Notes: generated from the sequence alone by a model not told the origin. DNA of 29,541 nucleotides from Candidatus Acetothermia bacterium (GCA_003650505.1 QMQL01000001.1:1-29541), one strand, 5' to 3'. Positions 1 through 7,537 are shown, counted from the stretch's first letter. A program made the numbers and translations.

Positions 1-283
1 GGACACGGTCCGTCCGCCATTCCTTGGTCAGCTCGACCGCAGCACGCTTAAGCTGGCCGTCGTACTTCTTAAGCTTCCCCTCGAACTTGTCGAGGAGGGA
101 GAGGCAGTCGGCCGTCGCCCCGGCGAACCCGACGAGGACCCTATCGTCGCACACCCGATAGATCTTCCGCGTGCTGGGCTTTATCACGGTCGTATCGAGG
201 GTCGCCTGGCCGTCGCTGGCGACTACCGCTTGGCGGGCCTCGTTCGAGTGGATCGCAAGGATCGTCGTGGCTCTTATCTTCAT
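1..283 (-). CDS. hslV: ATP-dependent protease peptidase subunit HslV/ClpQ, 3' end runs off the window
   Basis: Manual translation from ATG 283: MKIRATTILAIHSNEARQAVVASDGQATLDTTVIKPSTRKIYRV...VLVGFAGATADCLSLLDKFEGKLKKYDGQLKRAAVELTKEWRTDR. It has the Thr-Thr N-terminal nucleophile, a DGQ.T motif, GFAG.TAD and WRTDR. Not in the ORF track. Confidence 0.93.
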   Translation of the reverse strand, partial: MKIRATTILAIHSNEARQAVVASDGQATLDTTVIKPSTRKIYRVCDDRVLVGFAGATADCLSLLDKFEGKLKKYDGQLKRAAVELTKEWRTDRV

Positions 284-295
284 CACAAGGGACCC

Positions 296-324
296 ATTCT
301 AGTCGGTCTCGCAGGCCTCCTCAA
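296..324 (-). promoter_or_regulatory. sigma70-type promoter for hslV
   Basis: TTGAGG (324-319), 17 nt spacer, TAGAAT (301-296) on the minus strand. Confidence 0.55.
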
Positions 325-617
325 TCGGACGGTTCATTCTTACCCCCGATCTCAATCTTGATCCGCCGGACCGTCTCCCTCCCGACAAGGCCGTTCAATC
401 GGTCTATTATCCGCTCCGACCTCAGCCGGAGCTCGGATCCGGCGGAAGGGGACTCGACCCTAACGTGCAGGATCCCGTCCTTCACGTAAAGCGCCTCGGA
501 GGAGGAGGCGAGCCTCTCTCCGGTCGCTTCCGACCAGAGGAGGACGGGGGCCTGCCGGTGGAAGTCCTGGAGGAGGTTCAGCCGGCGGAAGACCTCTTCT
601 ATTTCTTTCTTATTCAT
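321..617 (-). CDS. dciA: DciA (DUF721) family protein, ancestral replicative-helicase loader
   Basis: About 98 aa with W..A.G..LA..S....VKDGILHVRVESPSAGSELRL....II.RLN...G...VRRIKI, the typical DUF721 pattern. It lies next to dnaA. ATG 617 chosen over TTG 623. Confidence 0.85.
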   Translation of the reverse strand: MNKKEIEEVFRRLNLLQDFHRQAPVLLWSEATGERLASSSEALYVKDGILHVRVESPSAGSELRLRSERIIDRLNGLVGRETVRRIKIEIGGKNEPSD

Positions 618-623
618 AATCAA

Positions 624-824
624 ACAGTAGTTGTAGGGGCTCCCATTTTGGTGGATAAGCCCGCATCCTTCGACGCAGATTGCCGAATCCCGGGGTCGCT
701 TCCTGTTGAGAGCCTGGGGAAAGAGATCCCGATTCTGTGGAGATCTTTTGGGGATAAGTTTTCAACAGCAGTTTTCCACATGAACACCGGTCCGTTCAAC
801 ACCTTTTCCCCAAGGTTTTCTACC
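624..824. promoter_or_regulatory. Candidate oriC unwinding sub-region downstream of dnaA with a DnaA-box cluster
   Basis: Box-like 9-mers (plus-strand sequence): GGTGGATAA 650-658, TGTTGAGAG 704-712, TGGGGAAAG 715-723, TGTGGAGAT 736-744, TGGGGATAA 749-757, TTTTCAACA 759-767, TTTTCCACA 772-780 (perfect TTWTNCACA), CGTTCAACA 793-801, TTTTCCCCA 804-812, TTTTCTACC 816-824. An AT-rich stretch lies at ~597-625. Confidence 0.8.
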
Positions 825-2169
825 GGAGGCCCGGTATCGCGTACCGGGCTGCAAGGGCTTCCTTTATCTCGTTTATCTCGGCACGGACGAGGGGGGTCTC
901 TTCGAGAAGGGTCTTCACCTTCATGTAGGAGTGCATGATCGTCGTGTGGTCCCGGTTGCCGAACTCCCGTCCTATCGCGGGGAAGGAGTTGTCGGTCATC
1001 TCGCGGGAGAGGAAGATCGCGATGTGGCGGGCCTGCGAGATCTCCTTCTTCCTGCTCGTCCCCTCGAGATCGCGGCGCTTCAGGTGATAGCGGAGGGCGA
1101 CCTCCTCCTTTATGTGCTCGATCGTCAGGCGGGGGCGTTGGCCTTCCTTGGGGAGCATCTCCTCCAGTCTGGTCGGGGTGAGGTGCACCCCCTCCAGTTC
1201 GGCATAGGCGATCGCCTTGTTCAACGCCCCTTCGAGGGCGCGGACGTTGGAGGAGATACGGCTTGCGATCAACGCGAGGACGTCGTCGTTCACCTCCACA
1301 CCCCGGTTGATCGCCTTCTTCCGGAGGATGGCGATCCGCGTTTCGAAGTCGGGGGGCTTGATATCGGCGACGAGCCCCCAACGGAACCGGGATACGAGCC
1401 TCTCTTGCACGCCGGATAGATCTTCCGGCTGTCTGTCGCTCGACAGGACGATCTGCTTCTGCCGGCCGTAGAGCTCGTTGAAGGTGTGGAAGAGCTCCTC
1501 CTGCGTAGCCTCCTTCCCCTCGAGGAAGTGGACGTCGTCGATCAGAAGGAGGTCGATCTTCCGGTACTTGGCGCGGAAGGCCGCCGTCGTGCTCGTCCGG
1601 ATGGCGTTAATCAGCTCGATCGCGAACCTCTCGGACGTCGTGTAGACGATCGCCTTCTCCCCCCCCTCCTCGGCGACCCGATTCCCTATCGCCTGCAGGA
1701 GGTGCGTCTTTCCGAGGCCGACGTCTCCATAGATGAACAGCGGGTTGTACGCCTTTCCCAATGTATCGACGACCGCCATCGATGCGGCGTAGGCGAGTTG
1801 GTTGTTCTTCCCGCTGACGAACGATTCGAACGTGTAGTCCGGGTTAAGGGGGAGTGTATCCCGGGGTTGGGACGCCATCTCCTCCCGGCCGAGCTGGGGA
1901 GGGGTCGGCTTCCTCCCGTCATCGACGACGCGGACATCAAGAGAGAGCGGACGATCGAACTCTCTCGCGGCGATCCGTTCGATCGTCTCACGGTACCTCC
2001 GCTCGATCCCCCCTTTGGTGAACGGATCGGGGACCCCGATCGCCAACACCTCGCCGGTGAACGAGAGCGGCTCCACGTCGGCCAACCATATCTGAAAGCT
2101 CGCATGGGGAACCTCGTCCCTCAGGGCGGATACGATAGTATTCCAGATGTTAACGGGATTTGCGTCCAT
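820..2169 (-). CDS. dnaA: Chromosomal replication initiator DnaA
   Basis: LNPDYTFESFVSG, YNPLFIYGDVGLGKTHLL (Walker A), LLIDDVHFL..KE.TQEELFHTFN, RLVSRF.WGL, domain IV GREFGNRDHTTIMH. Start placed at ATG 2169 behind a GAGGA SD. Confidence 0.98.
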   Translation of the reverse strand: MDANPVNIWNTIVSALRDEVPHASFQIWLADVEPLSFTGEVLAIGVPDPFTKGGIERRYRETIERIAAREFDRPLSLDVRVVDDGRKPTPPQLGREEMASQPRDTLPLNPDYTFESFVSGKNNQLAYAASMAVVDTLGKAYNPLFIYGDVGLGKTHLLQAIGNRVAEEGGEKAIVYTTSERFAIELINAIRTSTTAAFRAKYRKIDLLLIDDVHFLEGKEATQEELFHTFNELYGRQKQIVLSSDRQPEDLSGVQERLVSRFRWGLVADIKPPDFETRIAILRKKAINRGVEVNDDVLALIASRISSNVRALEGALNKAIAYAELEGVHLTPTRLEEMLPKEGQRPRLTIEHIKEEVALRYHLKRRDLEGTSRKKEISQARHIAIFLSREMTDNSFPAIGREFGNRDHTTIMHSYMKVKTLLEETPLVRAEINEIKEALAARYAIPGLR

Positions 2170-2402
2170 CACTGTCCTCATCGAGATTCGCCTCAAAGGG
2201 TAGCTGAGGCATCGTCCGGCGGTCAAGCCGACGGACCGCTAGGCCCCCAGTGACCGCCGGTGCGAAAGCCTCGTTGAGTACGCCCCTCGCCCCTCTCCCG
2301 GACAAGGGGCACCGCCCGAGGACGGACTCAGATCCGGGGAGGTCCTCCTCTCCGCCGCATCGAGCCGGGGGGTTGAACGGTCCCGTCCCGTGCGGTTGGA
2401 TC

Positions 2403-2597
2403 TGTGGAAAAGCCGGCCTGTGCGGTGACAGGACGGACGATACGATGTGGAAAACCCTGTGGATAGGCTGTGGAAAACGAACGATGCAGATCGCGGCTCG
2501 CAAAGAGGCGTATCCGGGTTCGCACGGCCCCGACTTATCCACAAGGAAGGGGCCTAATCGAGCGATTTTGGTCCGGTTATCCACAAGGTTTTCCACA
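2403..2597. promoter_or_regulatory. DnaA-box array upstream of dnaA (oriC part and/or autoregulation)
   Basis: TGTGGAAAA 2403-2411, 2446-2454 and 2469-2477; TGTGGATAG 2458-2466; TTATCCACA 2535-2543 and 2577-2585; TTTTCCACA 2589-2597. Confidence 0.88.
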
Positions 2598-2711
2598 GGC
2601 CTGAAGACGCGATTTAGCTCTGAAGTCGCGTTCTTAAGCGGTTTACCTCTTATGCAATCGCTCTTCGATCCGGGAATGGCGTGGGGTGTCCGATCTATCG
2701 GGGAAGGAGGA

Positions 2712-2787
2712 TGGTGCCGAGGCCCAGATTCGAACTGGGGACACCGGCCTTTTCAGGGCCGTGCTCTACCGGCTGAGCTACCTCGGC
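2712..2787 (-). tRNA. tRNA-Phe(GAA)
   Basis: Cloverleaf GCCGAGG..., anticodon loop CT-GAA-AA, TTCGAAT T-loop, encoded ACCA end. Confidence 0.96.
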
Positions 2788-2791
2788 TCTG

Positions 2792-2870
2792 TGGCGGGGA
2801 CGACCGGATTTGAACCGGCGATCTCTGGAGTGACAATCCAGCGTCCTAGACCAGACTAGACCACGCCCCC
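2792..2870 (-). tRNA. tRNA-Asp(GTC)
   Basis: GGGGGCG/CGTCCCC acceptor stem, anticodon stem CTGGA-TTGTCAC-TCCAG, TTCAAAT T-loop, encoded GCCA end, long D-loop. Confidence 0.95.
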
Positions 2871-2888
2871 GAGATTCACGGAACCCAC

Positions 2889-2961
2889 TGGGCGAGACAG
2901 GACTCGAACCTGTGACCTTCCGGATGTAAGCCGGATGCTCTCCCAGCTGAGCTACTCGCCC
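2889..2961 (-). tRNA. tRNA-Val(TAC)
   Basis: GGGCGAG...CTCGCCCA, anticodon arm TCCGG-CTTACAT-CCGGA. CCA not encoded. Confidence 0.95.
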
Positions 2962-3001
2962 ATTATAGGCCCGCAAAAGGAACCCTTCAACCGGGCTTTT
3001 G

Positions 3002-3074
3002 CGTCCCCAAGGGGATTTGAACCCCTGCCGCCGGGATGAAAACCCGGTATCCTAGGCCGCTAGATGATGGGGAC
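3002..3074 (-). tRNA. tRNA-Glu(TTC)
   Basis: GTCCCCA...TGGGGACG, anticodon arm CCGGG-TTTTCAT-CCCGG. CCA not encoded. Confidence 0.95.
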
Positions 3075-3085
3075 GAACAAAGCCG

Positions 3086-3115
3086 ATTATACGACCCGAT
3101 TGGAGCGGCTTTCAA
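3086..3115 (-). promoter_or_regulatory. Internal sigma70-type promoter for tRNA-Glu, overlapping an inverted repeat
   Basis: TTGAAA (3115-3110), 18 nt, TATAAT (3091-3086). CCGATTG/CAATCGG inverted repeat across 3096-3119. Confidence 0.65.
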
Positions 3116-3121
3116 TCGGTC

Positions 3122-3193
3122 TGGGTCGTGCTGGATTCGAACCAGCGACTCCCTGATTAAAAGTCAGGTGCTCTGCCACTGAGCTAACGACCC
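3122..3193 (-). tRNA. tRNA-Lys(TTT)
   Basis: GGGTCGT...ACGACCCA, anticodon arm CCTGA-CTTTTAA-TCAGG. CCA not encoded. Confidence 0.96.
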
Positions 3194-3199
3194 TTCTTT

Positions 3200-3271
3200 T
3201 GGGTCGTGCAGGACTTGAACCTGCAACCAACGGATTAAGAGTCCGCTGCTCTACCATTGAGCTAACGACCC
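3200..3271 (-). tRNA. tRNA-Lys(CTT)
   Basis: GGGTCGT...ACGACCCA, anticodon arm GCGGA-CTCTTAA-TCCGT. CCA not encoded. Confidence 0.96.
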
Positions 3272-3283
3272 GATCTGGGGGTC

Positions 3284-3312
3284 ATGTTACGAGCGGTTTT
3301 TTCCGCTGTCAA
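3284..3312 (-). promoter_or_regulatory. sigma70-type promoter of the tRNA cluster
   Basis: TTGACA (3312-3307), 17 nt, TAACAT (3289-3284), 12 nt upstream of tRNA-Lys(CTT). Confidence 0.8.
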
Positions 3313-3351
3313 GGGTTGTTCCGCCGGTTTGCGATCCGCTAGGATCGTTTT

Positions 3352-4671
3352 ATGGAGCGATTGGGTTTCGTTCCCCGGACGGAGGGGCCGCTCGCCGAGC
3401 GGATCCGGCCGACGGAGCTCGATGAGGTGGTGGGACAGGAGGGGCTCCTCGGTCCGCGCGGGGCGTTGCGGGCTTTGATCGAGCGGGGGATCGAGGTTCC
3501 ACTCCTGTTCTGGGGGCCACCAGGAACGGGGAAGACGACCATCGGCCGGATCATCGCCGGGATGACCGAGGCCCGGTTCGTACATCTCTCGGCCGCCCTG
3601 ACCGGGGTCAAGGAGGTGAGGAGGGCACTGGAGGCCTCCCGGCTCAGGTACACCCGGCTGGGGAAGCGCGACCTCCTCTTCCTCGATGAGATACACCGGT
3701 TCAACCGGGCCCAGCAGGACGTCCTCCTCCCGTTCCTGGAGGAGGGGAGCATCCTGTTCATCGGCGCGACTACCGAGAACCCCTCGTTCGCCCTCAACGC
3801 GGCGCTCATCTCCCGTTGCCAGATCTTCCCGTTCGACTCGTTGGATGAGCGCTCCATTGAGGGGGTGATAAAGCGGGCGCTCGTGGATCCCCGTGGGCTT
3901 GCCGGCCGGTTCGAGCTGACGGAGGATGCGCGCGATGCGATCGTCTCACTCTCCGATGGGGACGCCCGCCGGGCGCTGACGATCCTCGAGCTAGCAAGCG
4001 CGATCGCATCTGGGAGGCTGATCGATGGATCCCTGATCAAGGCGGCGGTTCAGAGGAAGGGGCTCCGGTACGATCGGGCCGGGGATGAGCACTACAACCT
4101 GATATCAGCGTTCCACAAGTCGATCCGCAACTCCGATCCGGACGCGGCCCTCTACTGGCTCGCCAGGATGATCGAGGGGGGAGAGGATCCCCGTTACATC
4201 GCGCGAAGGCTGATCAGGATCGCATCGGAGGACGTCGGCCTCGCCGATCCGAGGGGGCTCGAGCAGGCGATCGCCGCTTGGCGCGCTGTCGAAGCGATCG
4301 GGATGCCGGAGGGGGATCTCGCCCTCGCCCAGGCCGCCGTCTACCTCGCCACCGCGCCGAAGAGCAACGCCATCTACACCGGGATGGATCAGGCGGTGCG
4401 TGACGTACGTGAGGACCCGGCGGCCGAGGTCCCGCTTCACCTGCGGAACGCCCCGACCGGCCTTATGAAGAAGATCGACTACGGGAAAGGGTATAAGTAC
4501 GCGCACGACTTTCCCGAGGGGATAGCGCCGATGGAGTGCCTCCCCCCATCGTTATCGAGCCGGCGCTATTTCCGGCCGACCGGCCGCGGATACGAGCGGG
4601 ATATCGCCGCCCGCTTGGATAAGTGGAGGAAGATCATCGCTGAGCGAGAAGGAGATGAGGGCCCGGCCTAG
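3352..4671 (+). CDS. rarA: Replication-associated recombination protein A (RarA/MgsA AAA+ ATPase)
   Basis: PLAERIRP..LDEVVGQ, WGPPGTGKTT, FLDEIHRFNRAQQD.LLP, IGATTENPSF, YDRAGDEHYNLISAFHKSIRNSDPDAALYWLARM, VPLHLRNAPT.LMK...YGKGYKYAHD. Confidence 0.96.
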   Translation: MERLGFVPRTEGPLAERIRPTELDEVVGQEGLLGPRGALRALIERGIEVPLLFWGPPGTGKTTIGRIIAGMTEARFVHLSAALTGVKEVRRALEASRLRYTRLGKRDLLFLDEIHRFNRAQQDVLLPFLEEGSILFIGATTENPSFALNAALISRCQIFPFDSLDERSIEGVIKRALVDPRGLAGRFELTEDARDAIVSLSDGDARRALTILELASAIASGRLIDGSLIKAAVQRKGLRYDRAGDEHYNLISAFHKSIRNSDPDAALYWLARMIEGGEDPRYIARRLIRIASEDVGLADPRGLEQAIAAWRAVEAIGMPEGDLALAQAAVYLATAPKSNAIYTGMDQAVRDVREDPAAEVPLHLRNAPTGLMKKIDYGKGYKYAHDFPEGIAPMECLPPSLSSRRYFRPTGRGYERDIAARLDKWRKIIAEREGDEGPA

Positions 4672-4680
4672 CCGGAGGAC

Positions 4681-4848
4681 CTATCCCTTCTTCCTCTCCA
4701 TCCGATCGAGGTACTGGAGGATTGCCTCCACGATCAGGTAGTTCACCGACCGATCCTTCTTCGCTGCGAGCTTCCCCAACCGCTCGATCGGCCGTCGCTT
4801 CGCCTTCTCCTTCGGGATGTAGATCGATAGAGCGGTTACTCTTGGCAC
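4681..4848 (-). CDS. Small ribbon-helix-helix (CopG/Arc/MetJ-like) DNA-binding protein, 55 aa
   Basis: Manual translation from GTG 4848 behind a GGAGGT SD: MPRVTALSIYIPKEKAKRRPIERLGKLAAKKDRSVNYLIVEAILQYLDRMERKKG. It shows a beta-strand (LSIYIP), helix A, the turn RSVN and helix B. It is below the ORF-track cutoff and fills the gap between rarA and fadD. Confidence 0.8.
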   Translation of the reverse strand: MPRVTALSIYIPKEKAKRRPIERLGKLAAKKDRSVNYLIVEAILQYLDRMERKKG

Positions 4849-4893
4849 GAGGGCACCTCCCTGTTGTCGACTTGAAGCATCCCCACCGGCCAG

Positions 4894-6534
4894 CTAATCC
4901 TTCTGTTGGTGCAGGTGGCGCTTGATGTCGAGCTTTACGCTCTTCTCGAACGGCTTGTCGACGAGGGTTATCGCCTCCTTGTACTTGATCCGCTTGAAGA
5001 CGGCGAGGTTCTCGCTCTTCTCCTTGATCGCTGTCCAGATGTGATCGAGGGCCTCCTCCTCGGTCTTGATTCCGATCTTCTTCAGGACTTCCCAATTCGG
5101 ATAGACTTGGGCGGAGACCGCCGGCGCTCCCTGGCGCTCCCCCTCGTAGACCATGATCTCCTCGATCGCCGGGATCGTCGATAGCTCCCACTCGATCTCC
5201 TCCGGATAGACGTTCTTCCCCGTCTCCAGGACGATCACGTTCTTCGCCCGGCCGGAGAGGAGGAGCCGGCCGTCCCGGTACGTGCCGAGGTCGCCGGTGT
5301 GGAACCATCCCTCCTCGTCGATCACCTCGGCGGTCGCCTTCGGGTTCTTGTAGTAGCCGGCCATGATGTTCGGACCGCGGGCGAGTACCTCACCGACACC
5401 GTTCTCGTCGGGATGGGCGATCTTGATCTCCACCCCCTCGATCGGTTTCATCCCCGGCTGTTCAGCGAACGCCTCGGAGAGGGTGAGGAGGGGGGATGTC
5501 TCGGTCAACCCGTACCCTTCCATGATCCCGAGCCCCATCCGCCTGAATCCGCTCGACGCCTCCGGGCTGAGTGGGGCCCCTCCGGAGGTGAAGAACCGGA
5601 ACTGGCTTCCGAACAGCTTCCGCTTGGTAAGGTTCCCCATCAGGGTCGGTGAGGCCCGGTAGAGGAAGCGCTTGAGGGCGCTCTTTCCTATCGAGTCCTG
5701 GATCCTGCTGTATAAGACGTTGTACAGCTTCGGCACGCCGAGGAGGATCGTCGGCCTGGCCATCTTCATCACCGCGGCCAGGTTCCGGTCGACCGGGGTG
5801 TAGGTCGTGGTCCCTCCGGTTATCAGGGGGCTGATCAGGGTCATCGTCAGCCCGTAGATGTGGTTCCAGGGGACGATCGAAAGGAAGTTGTCCTCCGGTG
5901 AGAGGTCGACGCATTTGACGGCGGTCAGGGCGTTGGAGGCGATGTTAGCGTGGGTCAGCATCGCCCCTTTCGGGTTTCCCGTCGTCCCCGATGTGTACAT
6001 CAGGACAGCCATGTCGGACGGCTCGACCTGGACCCGGGGGAGGGGGGATTTCCCGAGGATGATCCGATCGAGGAACAGTGTCTTATCATCGCTGACGCGG
6101 TCCATAGAGATGATGAAGACGTCCTTCAGCTCCCCCTCCCTCAATCCGAGGAGGTCGTCGACCTTCCCGCCCGAGACGATCGCCCCCTTCACGCCGGCCT
6201 CGGTCAGGATCCGGCCGATCTCCCCGGGCTGCAGCTCGGGATCGAGGGGGACGACGACCGCCCCGCAGTGGAGGATGGCGAAGAAGCTTGTCGCCCACGC
6301 TGCACGCGGCTTGGAGATCAGGGCGACGTGGTCCTTCGGCGAGACGCCGAGATAGGACAGGGCGGAGGCGAGCCGGCCGACCATCTCGCCGAGCCTTGCA
6401 TATGAGATCTCGTTCAGGACGAGCCTCGTCCCGCGTCCCCGCTTCCGCTCCTTCGGGATCGGCATCCTAAGGGCGATCCGGTCTTTGTGGGTCGCCACTG
6501 CCTCCTCGAACAGCTCAGAGATGGTCGGGTACAT
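4894..6534 (-). CDS. Long-chain fatty-acid--CoA ligase-like adenylate-forming enzyme
   Basis: YTSGTTGNPKG (A3), GYGLTETSP (A5), GWFHTGDLG (A7), GRAKNVIVLETGKNVYPEEIE (A8). GAGGTG SD. Confidence 0.88.
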   Translation of the reverse strand: MYPTISELFEEAVATHKDRIALRMPIPKERKRGRGTRLVLNEISYARLGEMVGRLASALSYLGVSPKDHVALISKPRAAWATSFFAILHCGAVVVPLDPELQPGEIGRILTEAGVKGAIVSGGKVDDLLGLREGELKDVFIISMDRVSDDKTLFLDRIILGKSPLPRVQVEPSDMAVLMYTSGTTGNPKGAMLTHANIASNALTAVKCVDLSPEDNFLSIVPWNHIYGLTMTLISPLITGGTTTYTPVDRNLAAVMKMARPTILLGVPKLYNVLYSRIQDSIGKSALKRFLYRASPTLMGNLTKRKLFGSQFRFFTSGGAPLSPEASSGFRRMGLGIMEGYGLTETSPLLTLSEAFAEQPGMKPIEGVEIKIAHPDENGVGEVLARGPNIMAGYYKNPKATAEVIDEEGWFHTGDLGTYRDGRLLLSGRAKNVIVLETGKNVYPEEIEWELSTIPAIEEIMVYEGERQGAPAVSAQVYPNWEVLKKIGIKTEEEALDHIWTAIKEKSENLAVFKRIKYKEAITLVDKPFEKSVKLDIKRHLHQQKD

Positions 6535-6571
6535 TCACCTCACCCCCTTGACTGGTCCATCGGGGCATCTC

Positions 6572-7516
6572 CTACCCCGACAGGTACTTCTCCGCCTCGA
6601 TCGCTGCGATCGCCCCTTCCCCGGCGGCGATCACCCCTTGTGCGTAGCGGTTGGCGTCGATCCGCGCGTCTCCGGCGGCGAATATCCCGGGGATACTCGT
6701 CCGGAGACGTTTGTCGGTAACGATGTATCCGTCGTCGTCGAGGTTCACTGCTCCTTTTAGGAAATCGGTCTGCGGGACGTGTCCGATGTTGACGAACACC
6801 CCGTCGATCTCGAGCGTCTCCGTCTCTCCCGTCGCCAGGTTCCGGAGGATGACGCCGGTGACCCGGTCCTCCCCCAGGACCTCCTCGACGATCCGGTTCC
6901 AGAGGAAGGAGATCTTCGGGTTCTCCCGCGCTCGCTTCTGGAGGATCGGGGAAGCGCGGAACGCCTTCGGGTCGTCCTCCGGATGCCTTATGACGATCTT
7001 GACGCTCTCGGCGAACCGCGTCAAGAAAAGAGCCTCGGTCAGGCCGGAGTCTCCGGCTCCGACTTCGATGATCCGCTTCCCTTGGAAGAAGAAGCCGTCA
7101 CAGGTTGCGCAGTAGGAGACCCCTCTACCCTTCAGCCTCGCCGCGCCCTTTGCCGGGAGCTCCCTCGGCCGTGAGCCGGGGGCAAGGATGACGGTGCGGG
7201 CCGTGTGCAAGCCGTGCGGGGTGACAACGCGGTGGAGGCCTTCTCCCGGCTCGATCCGGATGACCTCGTCCTGGACGATCTCTGCCCCGAACCGCGCGGC
7301 CTGTCTCCGGAGCTTCTCCATCAGCTCCGGCGCGGCGACCGCCTCCTCGAAACCGGGCCAGTTCTCGATCAGATCGGTCTCGTTCAGCTGACCTCCCGGG
7401 ACGGCCTTTTCGATCACGAGGACCGGGAGGAGGGCGCGTCCGGTGTATATGGCGGCGGTCAGCCCGGCCGGGCCGGCGACGATGATGATCACGTCATGGG
7501 GCTTTTCTTCGGGCAT
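6572..7516 (-). CDS. trxB: Thioredoxin-disulfide reductase family protein
   Basis: GPAGLTAAIY, PGGQL..T..IENWPGF, GRGVSYCATCDGFFF (CxxC), GVFVNIGH.P, TSIPGIFAAGD. Some cofactor motifs are atypical (see findings). Confidence 0.9.
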   Translation of the reverse strand: MPEEKPHDVIIIVAGPAGLTAAIYTGRALLPVLVIEKAVPGGQLNETDLIENWPGFEEAVAAPELMEKLRRQAARFGAEIVQDEVIRIEPGEGLHRVVTPHGLHTARTVILAPGSRPRELPAKGAARLKGRGVSYCATCDGFFFQGKRIIEVGAGDSGLTEALFLTRFAESVKIVIRHPEDDPKAFRASPILQKRARENPKISFLWNRIVEEVLGEDRVTGVILRNLATGETETLEIDGVFVNIGHVPQTDFLKGAVNLDDDGYIVTDKRLRTSIPGIFAAGDARIDANRYAQGVIAAGEGAIAAIEAEKYLSG

Positions 7517-7537
7517 AGTCCGGATTATATGTGAGGA

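Noticed and set aside
2250-2813. 187-aa plus-strand ORF across the dnaA upstream region
   Set aside because: It crosses the DnaA boxes and tRNA-Phe, is low in complexity, and resembles no family. It is not rpmH (no MKRTYQP-like start).
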